This document shows positions 36,070 to 43,441 of a stretch of 64,000 bases of DNA, one piece after another. A program made the translations under genes and the position numbers. The stretch covers positions 30,826 through 94,825 of the forward strand of contig CBFGJT010000003.1 of NCBI GenBank assembly GCA_965649165.1, written 5' to 3'. Each line of letters begins with the position of its first letter. The stretch's first letter is position 1. Under the pieces are notes generated by a model, which saw only the letters and a program-made list of their open reading frames with translations, was not told the origin of the DNA and made no database searches. The DNA comes from a candidate division WOR-3 bacterium (lineage in GTDB: Bacteria > Hydrothermota > Tepidihabitantia > Tepidihabitantales > Tepidihabitantaceae).

Positions 36070-36866
36070 ATGTTATTCCAGTCCACGCTCAACCGGACTT
36101 CGATTCCCCGCGCACCAACGCGCGGAAATACTGTCACCGCTCTGGTAACTGTATCACATCGCGGCGGCGGCGGATAATAGTGCCAGACCATCACCCTTAA
36201 AGTCTGGACCCCCTGTGGGACATCCCGGAACTCAAACAGACCATTGGTTGCCGGTGTATAACTGTCCCGGTACAGCACCCCCTGACGCGGGTACTCCAGC
36301 TGAACGGTAATCCTCGGTAGAATTGAATCCGGTGGTGGCACACCACGCTGGTCCACAATTGAACCGTCAACTATATTGTGCAGCAGATCATTAAGACTGT
36401 AACCCAGTGATTTGGTAATCCAGCGCTTCCAATCAACCAGCCCTCCGCCGCCAAAGCTGCGCAGAAACAGACTGTCACGCTCAAATACAATCGTATCACC
36501 CCAACCATCAATCCGGTAGCCTTCCGGCGATTCATTGAAAGTTGCCTTGATATAAGGCCCCCGCCAGCGGCTGCTCTCGGGCGGTGAAACCCAGCTGGGT
36601 GGACTCACCAGATCGCTGAGCGTGCGGGGAAGTGCACCCATGTCGCCAACAAAACCGAAATCCGCCCGGACCCCTCCCACCACATAATCCGGATCGCCGG
36701 TAATCACCTTTGCCAGCCGGTCCAGCTTCTGCCGGGTCTGTTCAAAACGGCCCCGCTCCAACGTCACATCCCAGGTCTTGATTGCGGCGGTCAGAATCAC
36801 ACTCAGAATCATAATTACTACCAGCAGTTCAATCAGGGTCACACCACGATTATAATGCCGGTTCAT
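36066..36866 (-). CDS. GspG-like pseudopilin/minor pilin
   Basis: MNRHYNRG|VTLIELLVVIMIL prepilin signal. GDPDY..G..ADFGFVGDMGALP..WRGPYI..DGWGDTI. Confidence 0.75.
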   Translation of the reverse strand: MNRHYNRGVTLIELLVVIMILSVILTAAIKTWDVTLERGRFEQTRQKLDRLAKVITGDPDYVVGGVRADFGFVGDMGALPRTLSDLVSPPSWVSPPESSRWRGPYIKATFNESPEGYRIDGWGDTIVFERDSLFLRSFGGGGLVDWKRWITKSLGYSLNDLLHNIVDGSIVDQRGVPPPDSILPRITVQLEYPRQGVLYRDSYTPATNGLFEFRDVPQGVQTLRVMVWHYYPPPPRCDTVTRAVTVFPRVGARGIEVRLSVDWNNM

Positions 36867-36867
36867 A

Positions 36868-37479
36868 TCAGAACCTCACTTTGATATCATCATTTTTGAC
36901 CGCACCAGGCTGACCCCAAAAAAGACCGTCCGGGCCGGCACTCACCAAACCGAGCGTCTCATTGTTCTCCACCCAGTAACGGTATTCGGTTCCCCAAGCG
37001 TCATAGAGATAACCCATCTCCCCGTCTTCGCGGATGTAGGGTCCGTTCCAGCCCTTCTGAATATAGGGGTCCCAGGCAGGCAGGGTCTCTTTCCCCACAT
37101 ACAACCGCTGGGCATAAATGCCCTCAAACGGGTTACGGGTTGCCAGTTCAATCAGATTCCGAGGCAACCTTCCCACATCCTGCTTGAAACCGTAACCGAC
37201 CGCCTCACCGCCAATCCGAAGGTCGGGATTGCCCATGATTGCCTCACGTAGGACATTCATCTCCTGCAGGGTGGCGGTGCGCCGAGCGTTGTTTGCTACC
37301 CGGGAAATCATCGTTGGAACAAAAAAAGCCAGGAGAATTCCCAAAACGGAAATAACGACCAGCAGCTCCACCAAGGTGAACCCGCGCCTTGATCTGTCTC
37401 TGGCGGTCACAAATTTCATTATAGAAATCTCTCCCGCTCCTGTCAAGGACAAACACCGGTCCATGCTAACCCCCTTCAT
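36868..37479 (-). CDS. GspG-like pseudopilin/minor pilin
   Basis: ..SRRG|FTLVELLVVISVLGIL. GNPDLRIGGEAVGYGFKQDVGRLP..WNGPYI..YDAWGTEYRY. TGATG overlap at 37479. The alternative start at 37419 (MKFVTARD..) gives a more typical leader length. Confidence 0.75.
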   Translation of the reverse strand: MKGVSMDRCLSLTGAGEISIMKFVTARDRSRRGFTLVELLVVISVLGILLAFFVPTMISRVANNARRTATLQEMNVLREAIMGNPDLRIGGEAVGYGFKQDVGRLPRNLIELATRNPFEGIYAQRLYVGKETLPAWDPYIQKGWNGPYIREDGEMGYLYDAWGTEYRYWVENNETLGLVSAGPDGLFWGQPGAVKNDDIKVRF

Positions 37480-38015
37480 CAGTTGTGCAGCACAAAAATC
37501 ACTGCATCGCCATCCGCATCAAAATCCCGGATTGAGGAACCGCTGTGATCAATGCCCAATAAACCGTAATGAGTCGGATAGGCGGAACCGGGCGGGTCAT
37601 AAACCTTGTAAACGATATTGCCGGGATCATAGCCGTAGACATCATTCGGACCGTATTCATCGGTATTACTGATTTCCGTGAGATCATCATAATCCTCGGG
37701 ATTGAACTCATCTGGATCCATCTCCTTGCCGCTGTAGGGATTGGTCGGCAGTTTACCAATCCGGACATCATACTCCCCGCCGGGGAACACGCATCCGTAT
37801 CCATCCTCGTAAAAGTCCTCAGCATAATAACCGAACTCCTGATGAAATACCTCAATGGCAGTCTGGACATTGTGCAGGTTCATCTTCATCGCGGCAATCC
37901 TTGCCTGATTGCGCAGCCCGGAAAATCTGGGCACTGACATTCCCATCAACACACCCAGAATCATAATTACCACCAAAAGTTCAACGAGCGTAAAGCCGCG
38001 ATTTTTGTGACACAT
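37479..38015 (-). CDS. Acidic type IV pilin-like protein (paralogue of 40769..41404)
   Basis: Start at MCHKNRG|FTLVELLVVIMILGVL, preceded by AAGGAG and 5 nt. C-terminus ...AVIFVLHN and the PTNPYSG motif are shared with the upstream pilin. Confidence 0.8.
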   Translation of the reverse strand: MCHKNRGFTLVELLVVIMILGVLMGMSVPRFSGLRNQARIAAMKMNLHNVQTAIEVFHQEFGYYAEDFYEDGYGCVFPGGEYDVRIGKLPTNPYSGKEMDPDEFNPEDYDDLTEISNTDEYGPNDVYGYDPGNIVYKVYDPPGSAYPTHYGLLGIDHSGSSIRDFDADGDAVIFVLHN

Positions 38016-38063
38016 AAAATCTCCTTTGCTAAATAATAGTAATTGATTCATATCTGTCAAGTT

Positions 38064-38960
38064 TTATCCTGAGCCCTGCCGACTAGGGGGTGTGGTTGTC
38101 CGGACCTTGTCACCGTCAAGATAAAACCTGCCGCCATAGGGCTCTTCGGGCAGGACCGGCAGATAACCCCGCTGTCTTAACTCCTCGATACTGCCCGGCA
38201 CCCTCTTTTCCTTCTGGATAAACTGGTTGACCGCACGCTGAATTTCCGCCAGCCCCTCCTCCAGCTTCAACCACTTCAGCTGCCGGACAATCAGCTCCTT
38301 CAGTTTCTTATTGTCAGTGCTGTAATACAGGTCCTTCCACATCTCGCGGGCGCTGGCATAATCACCGCTCCGGGCAGTAGCATACGGCACCCAGCGCTCG
38401 ATGATCGGCCAGGCATCAGGCAGTCGGGCTGCAATCTGAAACAGCCGGGCTGCTGCCTGATAGTCACCAATCAGGATATAATTGATAAATCCAGCATCAA
38501 ACGGCAGCTGCCAGTTGAGCGGATTTGCCTTCATGCCATTCATGAGAAAGCGCAGTGCCGCTGCCGGATTGTGGGCATCCCAGGCAAGCGTGATCGCCCC
38601 GAAGTGATAGGCGCCGATAAACCGTGGGTCAAGCGTAGTCAGAATTTCAAAGATATGACCCAGCCATTCGTAGCGCCGGTCAGTCTGCTGATGCCGACCA
38701 TAATAATCAATTGCGGCCAGCCAGATGAAATCGGCGGCAAGCTCCTCATACTCAATCACCATCTCCCGCAGGGCAACTCCAGAGGGAAAATAGGCAAGCT
38801 CCTGCATCAGCCTTTCCCCGGCCCGGCGGCTAGTGGCATCAAGTGACAGCTGCAGCAGATAGATGCCGACAAATCCCCAGATCACCAGCACTACGGGCAG
38901 CAGGGAAACAAGCACGCCGGGTTCCCGCGGCATCGGTCGGGTGATCTCAACCAGCCTCAT
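38064..38960 (-). CDS. Membrane-anchored TPR-like helical repeat protein, unknown function
   Basis: One N-terminal TM helix (VLVSLLPVVLVIWGFVGIYLL), then alpha-helical repeat-like sequence (..GDYQAAARLFQIAARL.., ..GDYASAREMWKDLY..). Overlaps the permease stop by 1 nt. Confidence 0.5.
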   Translation of the reverse strand: MRLVEITRPMPREPGVLVSLLPVVLVIWGFVGIYLLQLSLDATSRRAGERLMQELAYFPSGVALREMVIEYEELAADFIWLAAIDYYGRHQQTDRRYEWLGHIFEILTTLDPRFIGAYHFGAITLAWDAHNPAAALRFLMNGMKANPLNWQLPFDAGFINYILIGDYQAAARLFQIAARLPDAWPIIERWVPYATARSGDYASAREMWKDLYYSTDNKKLKELIVRQLKWLKLEEGLAEIQRAVNQFIQKEKRVPGSIEELRQRGYLPVLPEEPYGGRFYLDGDKVRTTTPPSRQGSG

Positions 38961-39727
38961 CAGAAGTCCCGCCGGTTGAAGACGAAAATGGCGATTAAAA
39001 GCAGGGTGAAGGTGTAAACCAGCGCATAGGCAATCGACAGCAACATTGCCAGCGGATTGAGCGGTGCATTGTGGACAACATCGCCCCGGATGTTGAAATT
39101 ATTCAGATTGGGCAGGAGATAATAAAGAAACATACCGATGAACTTGACAACTGGTGCCGGACTGATTGCCGCCAGCTGACGCAGGAGCTGAGTGCTGTGA
39201 CCGATAAAATAGACAACAAAGGTGAACACCGCGCTGGCGATCGGTGTGACAAATGTGGAAAACAGGACCGCAACAGCGGTCAGAATCGCCAGCTCAAAGC
39301 CGGTCATCAATACCGCCCAGAGCAGACGCGGCGCCGGTTTAACCCCGGTCAGAAGCAGCACCAGATAAAATCCGGCGGTCATCAGCACCAGACTCACCCC
39401 AAGCACCAGCATCATCCCGCAGTACTTGCCGATGATGAACTCATAGCGCCGCACCGGCCGGGCAAGCAGCAGATAAATCGTCCGCTTCTCCACCTCCCGG
39501 TAGACAATCCGACCGCCGACCAGTATCGCAATCAGTACACAGAACAGGGTAATCGCGGAAAGCCCCAGGTCCTTGATAATCTTTTCTGCCTCGCCCAAAG
39601 CCACCGGCTGGATCACCTTGGCGCTTGCCATAACGATTATTGCGATCACAATCAGCGCCACCAGCACCCGATCCCGGACCGATTCCCGGAAGGTGTTGAA
39701 GGCAATGCCCCAGATCCGGTTAAGCAT
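38960..39727 (-). CDS. ABC-2 type transporter permease
   Basis: Six-TM protein with the N-terminal FRESVRDRVL motif typical of ABC-2/NosY/GldF-like permeases. 1-nt overlap with the ATPase gene. Confidence 0.75.
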   Translation of the reverse strand: MLNRIWGIAFNTFRESVRDRVLVALIVIAIIVMASAKVIQPVALGEAEKIIKDLGLSAITLFCVLIAILVGGRIVYREVEKRTIYLLLARPVRRYEFIIGKYCGMMLVLGVSLVLMTAGFYLVLLLTGVKPAPRLLWAVLMTGFELAILTAVAVLFSTFVTPIASAVFTFVVYFIGHSTQLLRQLAAISPAPVVKFIGMFLYYLLPNLNNFNIRGDVVHNAPLNPLAMLLSIAYALVYTFTLLLIAIFVFNRRDF

Positions 39728-40683
39728 TACACCCCTCCGTTTCTATTTGCACCCCGCACCCGGGCCATGAAGAACTCCTCAAGTGTCAGGGAACGGGGAA
39801 TGATTGAGCGCACCTTCGCCTGTGCCTCGCGGACAATTGCCAGCACCCGCTCCACCTCCTCATCACTCTTCACAGTCAAAAGGAGTAGGTCGCCGGATTC
39901 AATCGAACGCTGGGCGATCCGTTCCAGACCTTTTCGAAACTTACCGCTCACGCCCTGCAGGGTAATCTCGATTGACTCCACCTCCCCGGTCAGAATCTCG
40001 CTCAGTCTGCCGATCTCCACCATCTTGCCGCCGACAATAATCCCCACCCGGTCGCAGATCATCTCCACATCGGCCAGAATATGGGTGGAGAAGAATACCG
40101 TCTTCCCCTGCTCACGCAGGCTGACAATAATATCCCGGAACTCCTTTCTGCCGATCGGGTCCAGTCCGCCCATCGGTTCATCCAGAATTACAACCTCCGG
40201 GTCGTGGATCAGCGCCTGAGCAATCCCGATCCGCTGGAGCATTCCCCGCGAAAAACCGCGCATCTGCTGATTTGCCGCATGCTCCATCCGCACCAGCTTC
40301 AGCATCTGCCGGAGCCGACCCGGGATGTCGCTGTGGGGCACACCGGAAAGCTGGGCGGTCAGAGTTAAAAATTCGGCCGCGGTCAGATACTCATAAAAAT
40401 ACGGAGACTCAGGCAGAAAACCGATCCGCCGCTTCACCCGCGGGTCGCGCGGTGCCCGGCCCAGCACTGTGGCAAAACCGCTGCTGGGCTGGGCCAAACC
40501 GATAACGATTTTGATCGTTGTGGTCTTGCCCGCACCATTAGGTCCTAAGAACCCGAAAATTTCCCCCCGCTCCACCTGCAAGTTAAGCTCCGAGAGCGCC
40601 TGCACCCGTTTCATCCGGAAACCGGTCCGGTAGGACTTACTCAGCCTGACGGTCTCAATTACCGGCTGATTAACCACCGCCAC
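39727..40683 (-). CDS. ABC transporter ATP-binding protein
   Basis: Walker A GPNGAGKTT, signature FSRGMLQRIGIAQAL, Walker B VVILDEP. Start moved to the GTG at 40683 (or 40677). The longer track ORF (to 40989) crosses a terminator, a promoter and the pilin gene. Confidence 0.85.
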   Translation of the reverse strand: MAVVNQPVIETVRLSKSYRTGFRMKRVQALSELNLQVERGEIFGFLGPNGAGKTTTIKIVIGLAQPSSGFATVLGRAPRDPRVKRRIGFLPESPYFYEYLTAAEFLTLTAQLSGVPHSDIPGRLRQMLKLVRMEHAANQQMRGFSRGMLQRIGIAQALIHDPEVVILDEPMGGLDPIGRKEFRDIIVSLREQGKTVFFSTHILADVEMICDRVGIIVGGKMVEIGRLSEILTGEVESIEITLQGVSGKFRKGLERIAQRSIESGDLLLLTVKSDEEVERVLAIVREAQAKVRSIIPRSLTLEEFFMARVRGANRNGGV

Positions 40684-40689
40684 AAACTG

Positions 40690-40718
40690 AGTATAAAAAT
40701 TAATTATGCTCAGGTCAA
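40690..40718 (-). promoter_or_regulatory. Leaderless-type promoter of the ABC + type IV pilus operon
   Basis: Minus strand TTGACC (40718..40713), 17-nt spacer, TATACT (40695..40690), then 6 nt to the GTG at 40683. No SD. Confidence 0.65.
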
Positions 40719-40752
40719 GAAAAAGAAAAGCGGGGTGGATTTCCACCCCGCG
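40719..40752 (-). terminator. Rho-independent terminator of the major pilin gene
   Basis: Minus strand GCGGGGTGGAAATCCACCCCGC followed by TTTTCTTTTTC, 16 nt after the pilin stop. Confidence 0.85.
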
Positions 40753-40768
40753 CACTGCTCTCGGAGGA

Positions 40769-41404
40769 TTAGTTGTGGAGCACGAAGAAGATGAAGTACT
40801 CCTCGTCAGTCGGGTCGTCGCACAGCGGGTCGAGGTCATACATCGGATAGGCGACATCACGCCCAAATCCGTAGATACCGTACTCCTGCGGAGCACCGAA
40901 ACCGACATCCGGCACATAGGTGGCGATGCCGATCCCGCCCGGATACTCCGGTGTGCCGCCGAAATCAAGGTACGGACACTCCTCGTCACTGCCCCGGATC
41001 TGAGCGTTCTGGCCCGGCTCGAGCTCGCCGAACAGGTCCAGATAAATTAGGTCCTCCTCATCCTTGTCCTCGTCGTTGTAGCGCCGGCCGTCATACGGGT
41101 TCACCGGGAAGTTGCCCGGCTTGGGTTCACCGTCAGTTCCAATCGGATCACCGCCCGGGAACCAAAGGCACATACCCGCCTCGTTGCCCGGATCCCATTC
41201 CACATCCTCGCCCGGGTAGTTGCCGTAGTGGTCCACGGCATAGGCCTCGAGCGCCGTCTGGATCACGTGCATATTGTTCTTCACCGACGCACGACGGGCA
41301 CGCTCCTGGAACAGGACGAAGTTCGGGATGATCAGTGCGAGCAGGATACCGATAATCAGGATGACGACGAGCAGCTCAATCAGTGTGAAGCCGCGATTCT
41401 TCAT
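40769..41404 (-). CDS. Type IV pilin, probable major pilin; acidic and aromatic-rich
   Basis: MKNRG|FTLIELLVVILIIGILLALIIP class III signal. AAAGGAGG RBS. Own consensus promoter and terminator. The track ORF start at 41515 lies inside the promoter. Confidence 0.85.
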   Translation of the reverse strand: MKNRGFTLIELLVVILIIGILLALIIPNFVLFQERARRASVKNNMHVIQTALEAYAVDHYGNYPGEDVEWDPGNEAGMCLWFPGGDPIGTDGEPKPGNFPVNPYDGRRYNDEDKDEEDLIYLDLFGELEPGQNAQIRGSDEECPYLDFGGTPEYPGGIGIATYVPDVGFGAPQEYGIYGFGRDVAYPMYDLDPLCDDPTDEEYFIFFVLHN

Positions 41405-41509
41405 GGTATTTGGCACCTCCTTTCTTTTTAAGAATAAACGGGACCGCAAGCCGCTACTGTTTAGCTTTCTTCGCCGATAAAAAGAAAGTAAACACATAGC
41501 AGCTCGCCG

Positions 41510-41538
41510 TCTCATTCATATTATAACAAACTTATGGC
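41510..41538 (-). promoter_or_regulatory. Perfect consensus sigma70-type promoter of the major pilin gene
   Basis: Minus strand TTGACA (41538..41533), 17-nt spacer, TATAAT (41515..41510). ~100-nt leader ending in AAAGGAGG. Confidence 0.75.
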
Positions 41539-41572
41539 TCTCTGTCAAGCAGAAATTTGCCATCCCGGCAAA

Positions 41573-42868
41573 TCAGGAGTAAATCAGACTGCCCGACTGT
41601 CCGAACCCCGGGTGCTGGAGTGCTGCACTCAAAAGATCGGTATTGGTCCGGATACTGCCGAAGTTCAGTTCAGCAAACCCCCGGAGCAGACGACGGACCG
41701 CAGCCTCCAGATCCGCCCCCCAGGAAAACAGATTCACAAGCAGCAGGTCATATTCACCCAGAATTTCGTAGCCGGAATATATGCAGGACTCCACCCGCAG
41801 GTGCGGTCCGCCCGGTAGTAACAGCTCATCAACCACTCCGGTTGAGGGTTCGAAATCAGCAGTCGGATCCTCTGCCCGGATACCCGCTGCCAGTGCCCTG
41901 ATCCCTTTACCCGCCTGATGATTTATCTCCTTTTCTCCTGCTGTTGCTCTCAGCTGCCCGGCAACAATATCCATTCCGGTGATAATTTCTGCCAGTGGAT
42001 GCCAGGGACTCAACTCACTGCTCAGCTGAAAAAAGTAAGGGGTATTATTCTCACCAATCAGGAACCGGAGCACCAGCGCACCCGGAAACTGCAACTGTTC
42101 TGCCAGCAGTTTTGACCAGCGGTACAGCCGGTTGCGCAAATTCCCCGGCAGATTTGCCGGTGAAAAAACCAGCAGGTCCTGCTCCCGGTGATAAAAACCG
42201 ACCTCCCAGTCCGCCACCGCCTGAGAAAAAATTACCAAAACCTCGACCGGCCTGGTCCGGGACAGATGTCTCTCCAGATAAACCTGCTCCGTGCCGGTAT
42301 GTGCCCGGGCCTCTGCCTGACACATCCGGACCTGATACTCAATCTCCTTTTCCTTGACAATCAGGCGGCAGCAGCGGAGGCTGCTGGCGACGGGCCTGAC
42401 GACAACCGGCAACCCCAGCTTTAACACCGCTGTCACCGCCTGAGCCAGACTGCTGACCGGTTCCTCAGTTCCGGGCACAACTGGAATTTTCAGCTCTTGA
42501 GCCAGCCGGCGCTGTGCCAGCCGGTCCGCAAGGAGCCGGAGTGTATCCGGACCCGGTCCGATAAACGCAATTCCTGAACTGAGCGTGGCATCAGCGAACT
42601 CCGGATCCGCTCCGAGAAAACCCCAGCCCGGATGGAGCGCATCACAGCCGGTAATCTCCGCCGCTGCCAAGAGCCGTGATACATTAAGATAGGAGTCGCG
42701 GAGGGGCGCCGGTCCGATGCATACCGTCTCATCGGCTAAAAGCACCGGCAGTGCGGTCCGGTCCGCTTCAGAATAAGGGACAACACTCCTGATGCCGAGC
42801 TCTCGGCAGGTGCGAATGATCCGCAGTGCCGGAATTCCCCGGCAGGCTACGAGAACCTTTCTGAACAC
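41573..42868 (-). CDS. Biotin carboxylase (AccC) homologue with degenerate ATP-grasp and catalytic motifs
   Basis: The N-domain aligns well with AccC (LLADETVCIGPAP..SYLN....AAEITGCDALHPGWGFL). The glycine-rich loop KASGGGGGRG reads RPVASSLRCC, and EMNTRIQVEHPVTE reads QLSSELSPWHPLAE. Confidence 0.7.
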   Translation of the reverse strand: MFRKVLVACRGIPALRIIRTCRELGIRSVVPYSEADRTALPVLLADETVCIGPAPLRDSYLNVSRLLAAAEITGCDALHPGWGFLGADPEFADATLSSGIAFIGPGPDTLRLLADRLAQRRLAQELKIPVVPGTEEPVSSLAQAVTAVLKLGLPVVVRPVASSLRCCRLIVKEKEIEYQVRMCQAEARAHTGTEQVYLERHLSRTRPVEVLVIFSQAVADWEVGFYHREQDLLVFSPANLPGNLRNRLYRWSKLLAEQLQFPGALVLRFLIGENNTPYFFQLSSELSPWHPLAEIITGMDIVAGQLRATAGEKEINHQAGKGIRALAAGIRAEDPTADFEPSTGVVDELLLPGGPHLRVESCIYSGYEILGEYDLLLVNLFSWGADLEAAVRRLLRGFAELNFGSIRTNTDLLSAALQHPGFGQSGSLIYS

Positions 42869-42874
42869 ACCTCT

Positions 42875-43438
42875 TTATGCCCGCTCAACATAGGTCTTGG
42901 TGCGGGTATCAATCCGTACCCGGTCGCCGACCTTGATGAAAAACGGCACATCCACTACCAGTCCGGTTGACAATTTTGCCGGCTTGCCCCCACCGGTTGC
43001 GGTGTCGCCCCGGTAATTGGGCTCGGTCTCCACCACCTCAAGCACAATGAAAATCGGCGGTTCAACCAGCATCGGCACCCCTTCAATATAGCCGATCTCC
43101 ACCTCCACCCCTTCGGTTAGATAAAACACCTTGTCGCCGAGCACCTCCCGCTTCAGGGCAAACTGGTCATAGGTCTCCATGTCCATGAAGTGGTAACCGG
43201 TATCATCAGCATACAGAAACTGCCCCTTGCGCCGCTCCATCTCCACCGTCTCCAGCTTGATTTCAGATTCAAAACTCTCCTCGATCAGCGCTCCGGTGCG
43301 GATGTTGCGCATCTTGGTCAGCACCCTTGCCCGACGCTGCGCGGTCCGGGTCCGGGCATAGGAAAGAACTTCATAGATCTCATTGTTATATTTGATTAAA
43401 AGACCGGTTCGAAAATCGTTTGGTGTTACCATTGCCAC
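42875..43438 (-). CDS. efp: Elongation factor P
   Basis: NDFRTGLLIKYNNEIYEV...RNIRTGALIEESF and the three-domain length match EF-P, as does synteny with pepP. The loop normally reading KPGKG reads RTRTAQRR. Confidence 0.85.
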   Translation of the reverse strand: MAMVTPNDFRTGLLIKYNNEIYEVLSYARTRTAQRRARVLTKMRNIRTGALIEESFESEIKLETVEMERRKGQFLYADDTGYHFMDMETYDQFALKREVLGDKVFYLTEGVEVEIGYIEGVPMLVEPPIFIVLEVVETEPNYRGDTATGGGKPAKLSTGLVVDVPFFIKVGDRVRIDTRTKTYVERA

Positions 43439-43441
43439 TCC

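Noticed and set aside
39071-40219. 382-aa plus-strand ORF
   Set aside because: It is antisense to the ABC permease and ATPase genes. Its composition is highly biased toward H/Q/R/P/S, typical of a shadow ORF in GC-rich coding DNA.
40684-40989. Long N-terminal extension of the ABC ATPase ORF (track start 40989)
   Set aside because: It would read through the pilin gene 3' end, a strong terminator and a TTGACC-17-TATACT promoter. The extension is Ser/Thr/Arg-rich nonsense.
41405-41515. 37-aa extension of the pilin ORF (track start 41515)
   Set aside because: It begins inside the -10 box of the consensus promoter. The Met at 41404 has an AAAGGAGG RBS and gives a canonical short prepilin leader (MKNRG|F).
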